Assembly: GCA_913045955.1 (NCBI GenBank)
Contig: CAJWRZ010000001.1
Coordinates: forward strand, 1-48,176
Source of the DNA: an uncultured Puniceicoccaceae bacterium
GTDB lineage: Bacteria > Verrucomicrobiota > Verrucomicrobiia > Opitutales > Coraliomargaritaceae
Length of the DNA: 48,176 nt
Direction: 5' to 3'
Below the pieces are notes generated by a model. It was not told the DNA's origin. It ran no database searches and saw nothing but the letters and a program-made list of their open reading frames with translations. Made by a program: the position numbers and the translations under genes. Shown piece by piece: positions 41,662-48,176 of this stretch; within the stretch, counting starts at the first letter, position 1, and every line of letters starts with the position of its first letter.

Positions 41662-43158
41662 ATGAATAATTCGAACGAAAACAATGACAATAGCCATGAT
41701 TTGTATGCTGTGCGCTTACAAAAGCTCGAAGGACTTATAAAAGAGGGAAAAAATCCTTTTCGTGCAAATTGTGAGCAAACCCACACTTCAGAATCTGCTC
41801 AAGCACTCTACGATGATGCATTAGAGGATGAGGCTCAAGCTACAGTTAAAGTTGCGGGCCGAATTGTTGTGTTCCGCGTCATGGGAAAGGCTAGTTTTAT
41901 AAAGATCCAAGATAGGGCAGGGCAAATTCAATGCTATGTGACTCGTGACGAATTACCTGAAGGGGAGTATAATACCTATTTTAAGAAGTTAGACCGTGGT
42001 GATATAATCGGAGTGGAAGGTCGTTTATTTAAAACTAAAACTGGGGAGATTACAGTTAGAGCTACTCGGTATGTCCTTGTTTCTAAATCACTTCGACCGC
42101 TTCCTGAGAAATGGGCTGGTTTGACTAATGATGACAAAATCTATCGTCAGCGTTATTTAGATCTAATTGTTAATCCCGAATCTAGACTTCGCTTCAAGCA
42201 ACGCTCTAATTTGATTAAGGAAATGCGGAACTATTTGTGGGAAAGAGATTTTACGGAAGTAGAAACGCCCGTTCTTCAGTCAGTAGCCGGGGGCGCAGCT
42301 GCGCGTCCTTTTGTCACGCAGTCGAACGCCTTGGATTGTGATTTTTACATGCGAATAGCCTTAGAATTACAACTTAAGCAAATGCTAGTAGGGGGTGAAG
42401 AACGAGTTTTCGAAATAGGGCGTGTCTTTAGAAATGAAGGGCTCTCGCGTAGGCATAATCCAGAGTTTACAATGTTGGAATTATACCAAGCATTCACTGA
42501 TTTCAGAGGAATGATGGAATTAACCCAAGGGTTGATTCAACACCTTGCACAAAAGGTTATAGGAACTTTAGATATCCAACGCCCAGATGGCACCACGATC
42601 AAGCTTGGTGGTGAATGGAAAGAGGTTGCTTATAAAGACTTAGTTATCGAAGCTACTGGTGAAAAAGGTTGGTTTGAGCTCTCCAAAGACGAGAAGCTTA
42701 CACGGGTAGAGGCGCTCGGTATTGAAGTGAACCCGACTCTCGAAGACTATGAAATAACCAATAATGTCTTTGAGAAAATTATCGAACCAACACTAATCCA
42801 ACCCACATTTGTAACGCATATTCCTAAAGAGCTATGCCCTTTAGCAAAGATTACAGAAAATGATTCGAGTACTATTGATGTTTTTGAATTATGTATTAAC
42901 GGACAGGAAATAGCGCCTGCGTATTCTGAGCAAAATGACCCAAATATTCAGCGCGAGATGTTCTCAGCTCAGATAGGCGAGGAAGTCCAAGATATGGATA
43001 CAGAATTCTTAACTGCTTTAGAGTACGGTATGCCTCCAGCGGGTGGCATGGGTCTTGGCGTTGACAGACTCGTTATCTTGTTAACGGGCGCGGAAAGTAT
43101 CCGTGATACGATATTATTCCCAAGCTTAAAGCCTTTAGATCAAGCATCTAAAAGCTAA
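41662..43158 (+). CDS. lysS: Lysine--tRNA ligase, class II
   Basis: OB anticodon-binding N-domain, RQRYLDL, motif 2 VFRNEGLSRRHNPEFTMLE, motif 3 GGMGLGVDRLV. Confidence 0.95.
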   Translation: MNNSNENNDNSHDLYAVRLQKLEGLIKEGKNPFRANCEQTHTSESAQALYDDALEDEAQATVKVAGRIVVFRVMGKASFIKIQDRAGQIQCYVTRDELPEGEYNTYFKKLDRGDIIGVEGRLFKTKTGEITVRATRYVLVSKSLRPLPEKWAGLTNDDKIYRQRYLDLIVNPESRLRFKQRSNLIKEMRNYLWERDFTEVETPVLQSVAGGAAARPFVTQSNALDCDFYMRIALELQLKQMLVGGEERVFEIGRVFRNEGLSRRHNPEFTMLELYQAFTDFRGMMELTQGLIQHLAQKVIGTLDIQRPDGTTIKLGGEWKEVAYKDLVIEATGEKGWFELSKDEKLTRVEALGIEVNPTLEDYEITNNVFEKIIEPTLIQPTFVTHIPKELCPLAKITENDSSTIDVFELCINGQEIAPAYSEQNDPNIQREMFSAQIGEEVQDMDTEFLTALEYGMPPAGGMGLGVDRLVILLTGAESIRDTILFPSLKPLDQASKS

Positions 43159-43193
43159 CCAGCGCTCTTTCTGGCTTTTATTAAGCTTCGAGC

Positions 43194-44174
43194 TTATTTC
43201 TGTGGCGGGGTTAAGAGTAATTTAGTCTTAAGTCCAGGCAGGTATTCAGAAAATTCAGCGCCTTCAGGAGCATTTCTTAGAGTTCTTTGAATCATGCCCA
43301 TTCTCGCATCGAGGTTATCAACCATTGAAACAAAAACAGCTTCAGGTGTAGCGGCCATTGCGGCAGCCCCCCATTCTTTTTCTCCTTGGTGGCTGAGGAT
43401 TATATGCTCGAGTCGTTCAGTTAAGTCCTCACTCAGTTTAGCCATGATCGCTGCTTTTCGAACTATTTTGTAGCCCAAGACAACATGTCCTTGAAGGACA
43501 CCAATCCTCGTGGTTTGAACTGAAAAATCACCTTCATATTCTTCTAGTTTTCCTATGTCATGAAGAATGATTCCGGAAACTGCCAAATCATAATCCACTT
43601 CTTGGTAAATAGGTAAAAGTGCTCTAGCCGAGCGAAGCATGTGAACTGTATGTTCTAATAATCCATTCCTGTAAGCGTGATGCATAGATATAGCGGCACT
43701 GGATGATTTGAAATGTGCTTCGTGGTTATAAATAACGTTTTCTACCGTAGCTTTTAGTTCAGTATGTTGAATGCTTTCAATACCTTCTTTGAGGTAACCC
43801 CAAAGCACGGATTCGCTTTCTGGGGGAACTTCAGTTAGTTGACCAATCGTGCCATCTTCGCTAGCTTGCTCAAATGAGTAAAGAGTCACCGTCTTAATTT
43901 CAGGCGAAAATTGCCCATTATAGTAATTTATGGCGGCAGTTGTTTTTAAAAGACAACCTTCAGATAAGTCTTCTAGAGTCATGTAGGCGGTGCTATTGAC
44001 GAAAACATTGGTCATGAATTTTCCGGTGGAATCCCCGAATTCTAGGTTTAAGTAAGGGTTTCCCGTTTTAGTAGTCTTTACGGACTTTCTTTTGAGAATA
44101 AAAACACTGGTAAAATCTGCATTTGAAGTCTTTTCCAGGGAATGAAGTTGTTTGATGGTTTTATAATCAGTCAC
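43194..44174 (-). CDS. OB-fold + HD-domain phosphohydrolase (YhaM-like 3'-5' exoribonuclease family)
   Basis: N-terminal OB (KTTKTGNPYLNLEFGDSTG), and HD motifs HTVHM and GIILHDIGK. 326 aa. Confidence 0.75.
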   Translation of the reverse strand: MTDYKTIKQLHSLEKTSNADFTSVFILKRKSVKTTKTGNPYLNLEFGDSTGKFMTNVFVNSTAYMTLEDLSEGCLLKTTAAINYYNGQFSPEIKTVTLYSFEQASEDGTIGQLTEVPPESESVLWGYLKEGIESIQHTELKATVENVIYNHEAHFKSSSAAISMHHAYRNGLLEHTVHMLRSARALLPIYQEVDYDLAVSGIILHDIGKLEEYEGDFSVQTTRIGVLQGHVVLGYKIVRKAAIMAKLSEDLTERLEHIILSHQGEKEWGAAAMAATPEAVFVSMVDNLDARMGMIQRTLRNAPEGAEFSEYLPGLKTKLLLTPPQK

Positions 44175-44233
44175 AAGTTTTAATTAAGGTTTAGTTTTTT
44201 ATAGAGGCAATTATAAAGATTCTCAAAATATTT

Positions 44234-44896
44234 CTAATGCTGGCGACGGAAATAATTTTTAAGTTTTGAAGATAAGCTTACCCCAAATGCTACTACGCCC
44301 ATTCCCATTACGGAAGCATTGTGCTCGGGGATATTTATAGTGAATGAATCCACAGAAAAGTTTTCTCCTAATTTGCTTAGCGGGTCTAAGGATAACGTTA
44401 TTTTTTGACCTGCTTGGAATGGCTCATCGATTCTAAAATCATCCTTGTAACTAAGGGCAGTGGAAACGTTTAGGCTGTAAGAATTACCCCCTTCAAATAA
44501 TAATAATGCTTCTTCTTTCTGCTCCTCTATATAGCGTAGATTTATGGTTTTAAAGATACCATCGTGGTCAAAGCTGAATACGATTTTTTCGATTCCGAGT
44601 GAATTATCAATTCTTTGAGTCTTATCACCACTGCCCTTGCTATTAATTCCAAATCCATCGTTTCCTCCGTTAAATAAGGCAATCGTTGAATGGATTCCAT
44701 TAAATGCTTCGGCCTCTATTTCAACAGAGTCGATAGTGAAAGATTCTATTCCACTATTATTGTCTAGTGATAAAGCAAAGTCCGACAAACTTGTCTTAGC
44801 GCTGTCATTAAAAAAGTTATATTCAACATTTCTTGCGTAAGCATTTTGAATTAAGGTAGTGGCTAAAAAAAAGGTTACTAAATTTATATATTTCAT
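44234..44896 (-). CDS. Secreted hypothetical protein with a PEP-CTERM-like C-terminal sorting tail
   Basis: Signal peptide MKYINLVTFFLATTLIQNAYA. The C-terminus is IPEHNASVMGMGVVAFGVSL...YFRRQH: a PE-type motif, a hydrophobic helix and a basic end. Confidence 0.4.
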   Translation of the reverse strand: MKYINLVTFFLATTLIQNAYARNVEYNFFNDSAKTSLSDFALSLDNNSGIESFTIDSVEIEAEAFNGIHSTIALFNGGNDGFGINSKGSGDKTQRIDNSLGIEKIVFSFDHDGIFKTINLRYIEEQKEEALLLFEGGNSYSLNVSTALSYKDDFRIDEPFQAGQKITLSLDPLSKLGENFSVDSFTINIPEHNASVMGMGVVAFGVSLSSKLKNYFRRQH

Positions 44897-44963
44897 TTAT
44901 AATTACTAATTTTAAAAACGTTATTAAGCAAGCCAAATCTTTCTTGATAGCTCTAGAGCGATT

Positions 44964-45509
44964 TTAAATAAGGCCCAAAATCATTTTACCTTCCTCGGTG
45001 ATCATCTCTTGATCCCACGGGGGATCCCATACAATGGCAACTTCCGCTTGCTTAACACCAGGTATAGTCTCTAGGTGTGTTTGTGCATCTTCTGCGATCG
45101 CAGGCCCCATTCCACAGCCAGGGGCTGTAAGCGTCATTTCCATAACGACTTTATATGTGCCATCCATAGCTTCATTCAACTCAAGTGAGTAGACTAAGCC
45201 TAAGTCGACAATATTAACGGGTATTTCTGGATCAAAAACTTTTTTAAGAACCTTCCATAACGCATCCATATCGGGCGGTCCTTGATGTTCCTTTACATTC
45301 ACCTTTTCATTCACGGTCACGACTTCACCAATTGCATCGGCATCTTTACCTTTAATTCGGAACATGCCATTTTCGGTCATGACTGTGAAATTACCACCGA
45401 GCCGGTGTGTGATGACGATGGATTCACCTTCGGCAAGTTCCATTGCAGTCCCTTGGGGAATTAACGTAGCTTCAACGGCCCGACTGAGTATTCTTTTATC
45501 TTCGTTCAT
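44964..45509 (-). CDS. sufT: SUF-system Fe-S assembly protein SufT (long form, C-terminal DUF59)
   Basis: [17 protein letters not shown] and [14 protein letters not shown]59 blocks. 181 aa. It lies 6 nt downstream of sufD. Confidence 0.75.
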   Translation of the reverse strand: MNEDKRILSRAVEATLIPQGTAMELAEGESIVITHRLGGNFTVMTENGMFRIKGKDADAIGEVVTVNEKVNVKEHQGPPDMDALWKVLKKVFDPEIPVNIVDLGLVYSLELNEAMDGTYKVVMEMTLTAPGCGMGPAIAEDAQTHLETIPGVKQAEVAIVWDPPWDQEMITEEGKMILGLI

Positions 45510-45515
45510 GATGGG

Positions 45516-46817
45516 TTAGAGTATCTTTTTTTCAAATTTCGCATCGAGCATAGCACGAATATTTTTGGACAGAGAATCAGATTCCAATTCGTCTATAATC
45601 TCTTCAAAAAAACCAAGTACAATCAGCTGCATAGCAATTCTGTGAGGGATCCCTCTACTGAGCATATAAAAGAGTGCTTCTTCATCTATATTGCCCGTAG
45701 TAGCTCCGTGTGAGCATTTAACATCGTTGGCTAATATCTCCAAGCCCGGTAATGAATTTGCATCGGCTTTTGGATCGAGGAGTAAATTCCGGTTCGTTTG
45801 GTAAGCGTCTGTTTGCTGAGCACCTTCCGCTACTTGGATTAAGCCTGAGAAGATCGTTCTGCTCGTATCGAATAAGGCATTTTTGTAAAGAAGATCGGAA
45901 ACGGAATTGGGCGCATTATGAGTCTGAAAAGTTCTTTGATCAAACTCTTGGGTATCTTCGGCTACCGTCAGTGAGTACATTTTAACATGCGCGCCAGAGC
46001 CATTGATCTTCACTTGATTTTCAAAGCGTGCTTTTGAAGCACCCAAGTTTAAAGCGATATTTTTGACGGTGGTATCTCGATCGGCAATTGTTGTATCAAG
46101 TTGGAAAGACACAGAATCCATATTAAAGTTCTGAACCACTTTACGGAATACATTTGCCGTTGCGTGGGCATAGAGATTACTGGCCGAAATACTCAATGCG
46201 GTATTCGATGGATTGTTTGAAGACAAAACGTCGATGACTGAAACTTTTGAATGGGCTTCTGCAACTATTAGGGTATGCGGAAAGATCAGTGAATTTTCTG
46301 TATCCGTCCAATAGTAATTCACCAAAGGATCTTTGATTTCAACGCCTTTAGGGACAAATAATACAGACCCAGCTTTCACCATAGATGCATGCAGTCCAAA
46401 ATACTTTTGAGAGCCTAAGCCGGTTGATTCTTTAAGGAAGTAGGGCTCAAGTAATTCGCTATGATTGGCGATTGCTTCCTCAACTGATAAATAAAGTACT
46501 CCTTGAGCTTTCAGTGCTTCAGGTAATTCTTTTTTTTGGATTAAATGATCATCTAAGTAAATCATTTCACCTGAGGATTCCTCAGAAAGCTTGGACTTGG
46601 CGATAGCTTCAATTTTTGAACTTTCTTCCAGGCGCTCAGCGGGACGAAATTGAGCTATCTCCGTAGAAAATAATTTAGCAAAGCGCCAATTTTCATCCTT
46701 ACCTGAGGGTATGGGCAATGTAGTATAATCATCGGAGCCTTTTTGCCTTAATGAAGTTAACCAATTAGGTTCATCTGTTGAAGCTTTTGACTTCGTGTTG
46801 TTTAATACTGAATTCAT
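45516..46817 (-). CDS. sufD: Fe-S cluster assembly protein SufD
   Basis: The beta-helix region and the C-terminal blocks [26 protein letters not shown] are typical of SufB/D. 433 aa. Downstream of sufB. Confidence 0.85.
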   Translation of the reverse strand: MNSVLNNTKSKASTDEPNWLTSLRQKGSDDYTTLPIPSGKDENWRFAKLFSTEIAQFRPAERLEESSKIEAIAKSKLSEESSGEMIYLDDHLIQKKELPEALKAQGVLYLSVEEAIANHSELLEPYFLKESTGLGSQKYFGLHASMVKAGSVLFVPKGVEIKDPLVNYYWTDTENSLIFPHTLIVAEAHSKVSVIDVLSSNNPSNTALSISASNLYAHATANVFRKVVQNFNMDSVSFQLDTTIADRDTTVKNIALNLGASKARFENQVKINGSGAHVKMYSLTVAEDTQEFDQRTFQTHNAPNSVSDLLYKNALFDTSRTIFSGLIQVAEGAQQTDAYQTNRNLLLDPKADANSLPGLEILANDVKCSHGATTGNIDEEALFYMLSRGIPHRIAMQLIVLGFFEEIIDELESDSLSKNIRAMLDAKFEKKIL

Positions 46818-46836
46818 AGTTACCTAAAATTAAATT

Positions 46837-48176
46837 TTATCCTACAGAACCTTCCATTTCCATGTCGATTAAGCGCTTCAGCTCAACCGAGTACTCCATA
46901 GGGAAGGCTTTGAGTAAGTCATTAACGAATCCATTAACCGCAAGGCTCATGGCATCCGCTTCAGAGATACCTCTTTGCATCATATAAAATATTTGTTCGG
47001 CGCTGACTTTAGAAACACTCGCCTCATGCTGAACTGTATTGCCTACACCGCGAGTGGTAATCGCTGGGTAGGTATCAGTACGGCTGTTAGTGTTGATCAA
47101 TAACGCATCGCACTCGGTGTTATTTTTACAGGACTTAAGGTGCTTCGGCATATGCACTTGTCCACGGTATGTAGAGCGGCCTTCACCAATCGAAATCGAC
47201 TTAGAAATTATGTTACTGGTTGTTTCATCCGCGAGGTGAATCATTTTAGCACCGGTATCTTGGTGTTGCCCATCATTAGCTAGAGCAATGGACAGCACTT
47301 CACCACGGGCTTTTCTTCCTTTTAAGACGACGCCTGGATATTTCATGGTCAGCCTAGAGCCAATATTACAGTCAATCCATTTTACTTCAGCATTTTCTTC
47401 AGCTAGGGCTCTTTTTGTCACTAGATTGAAGACATTGTTGGACCAATTCTGAACGGTTATGTATTGGATCTTGGCATCTTTGAGGGCGACTAATTCCACA
47501 ACCGCACTATGAAGGGTGGCCGTTTCGAATTTCGGTGCGGTGCAGCCTTCCATATAGGTGATTTCTGACCCTTCATCCGCGATGATCAAGGTCCTTTCAA
47601 ATTGCCCGAAGTTTTCGGCGTTAATTCTAAAATATGCTTGGAGGGGTTGCTTAAGTTTAACGCCTTTAGGCACATAGATGAAGCTACCACCAGAAAATAC
47701 AGCGCTATTTAAGGCAGAGAATTTATTGTCGCTAGTTGGGATTACTTTACCGAAGTAAGGTTTGAATATTTCAGGATATTTTTCTAATCCTTCGGAGGAT
47801 CCTACAAAGATAACGCCTTCATTCTCGAGGTCTTCCTTCATTCGAGAGTAGGCGGCTTCTGAATCAAATTGCGCTTCAACCCCCGCGAGGAACTTGCGTT
47901 CTTGTTCGGGAATGCCCAAGCGTTCGAAAGTTTCCTTCACATCATCAGGCACTTCTTCCCAAGTTCGACTAGGCTTTTGACCTTTAGATAAATAGTAACG
48001 GATATTTTCAAAGACGATATTTTCAAGGTCATCACTTGCCCAGTGTGTCGGCATGGGTTTTTTCTCAAAGATTTTAAGAGCCTTTAATCTGAAATCCTTA
48101 ACCCACGGAGCTTCGTTTTTGATATTTGAAATGTATTCAACGGTTTTTTCGCTCAGGCCTGTACCGGCATCAAATT
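46837..48176 (-). CDS. sufB: Fe-S cluster assembly protein SufB (5'-partial; continues past the window end)
   Basis: [30 protein letters not shown]. The reading frame stays open upstream of the ORF-track ATG 48054 for 40 more codons ([40 protein letters not shown]), which matches the conserved SufB N-terminal region. Confidence 0.9.
   Translation of the reverse strand, partial: FDAGTGLSEKTVEYISNIKNEAPWVKDFRLKALKIFEKKPMPTHWASDDLENIVFENIRYYLSKGQKPSRTWEEVPDDVKETFERLGIPEQERKFLAGVEAQFDSEAAYSRMKEDLENEGVIFVGSSEGLEKYPEIFKPYFGKVIPTSDNKFSALNSAVFSGGSFIYVPKGVKLKQPLQAYFRINAENFGQFERTLIIADEGSEITYMEGCTAPKFETATLHSAVVELVALKDAKIQYITVQNWSNNVFNLVTKRALAEENAEVKWIDCNIGSRLTMKYPGVVLKGRKARGEVLSIALANDGQHQDTGAKMIHLADETTSNIISKSISIGEGRSTYRGQVHMPKHLKSCKNNTECDALLINTNSRTDTYPAITTRGVGNTVQHEASVSKVSAEQIFYMMQRGISEADAMSLAVNGFVNDLLKAFPMEYSVELKRLIDMEMEGSVG

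Noticed and set aside
43159-43193. A possible bidirectional terminator between the convergent lysS and the HD/OB gene.
   Set aside because: Only a 4-bp ccag/ctgg pairing is visible, with no convincing stem or T-tract.
44950-44959. A perfect 10-nt palindrome, gctctagagc, between sufT and the PEP-CTERM-like gene. I considered it as a possible operator or terminator.
   Set aside because: It is too short, has no loop, and has no flanking T-run or repeated half-sites. It is a single occurrence.
48052-48054. ATG 48054 as the SufB start codon.
   Set aside because: The frame stays open upstream to the window edge and encodes conserved SufB-like sequence (…[20 protein letters not shown]). The Met is internal, and the gene is truncated by the window.
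1-48176. A search for tRNA, rRNA, CRISPR arrays, IS elements, integrases and long direct or inverted repeats.
   Set aside because: No non-coding gap exceeds about 150 nt. The only exception would be 25299-25745, and only if the polybasic region is non-coding. No cloverleaf-like or repeat-spacer structure was seen, and no transposase or integrase motif was found in any frame of the ORF track.

Overview
This 48.2-kb chromosomal window is almost entirely coding. It holds about 46 CDS, and nearly all intergenic gaps are under 150 nt. Many same-strand neighbours overlap by 4-14 nt, and two convergent gene pairs have stop codons that abut or overlap. I found no rRNA, tRNA, CRISPR array, transposase, integrase or prophage signature. 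The sequence is AT-rich by eye (composition was not computed). The gene content suggests a PVC-group bacterium, possibly Verrucomicrobiota-like; this is inference only. That content includes a C-type lectin with TSP3 repeats, a SET domain, a SMUG1-type UDG, an Rdx/SelW-like protein, a sulfotransferase, a PEP-CTERM-like tail and Wzy_C+TPR membrane proteins.

Gene blocks:
- (1) 1-10.9 kb is an accessory glycoconjugate-decoration locus. It has two minus-strand operons flanking a plus-strand pair. The first operon is phosphoglycosyltransferase, carrier protein, SDR, adenylating enzyme and Wzy_C/TPR. The second is GtrA, sulfotransferase, GT4 and DUF2334 deacetylase-like. The plus-strand pair is an M29-like protein and a methyltransferase.
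- (2) pyrE and an lptF/G-family permease.
- (3) A tightly overlapped folate super-operon: pabB-pabC-folP-folB-(folK::folA fusion)-rdx-SMUG1.
- (4) Housekeeping and DNA-metabolism genes: SNF2 helicase, aroQ, nif3, tcdA, recD2, panB, gpsA, dus, hisG, aguBA, a TPR-addB-addA-like operon, lysS and a YhaM-like HD/OB protein.
- (5) sufB (runs off the window)-sufD-sufT.

The best candidate for an undescribed system is the composite 0.6-10.9 kb locus. It appears able to acylate, de-N-acetylate and sulfate a glycan or glycolipid, but it lacks recognisable export, polymerisation and acyl-transfer genes. Secondary curiosities are the HPPK-DHFR fusion with Rdx and SMUG1 appended to the folate operon, a bacterial SET-domain protein, a small secreted Cys/Ser-rich peptide, and a polybasic N-terminal extension on a Wzy_C-like membrane protein. 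All family assignments come from motif recognition by eye; no database search was run.
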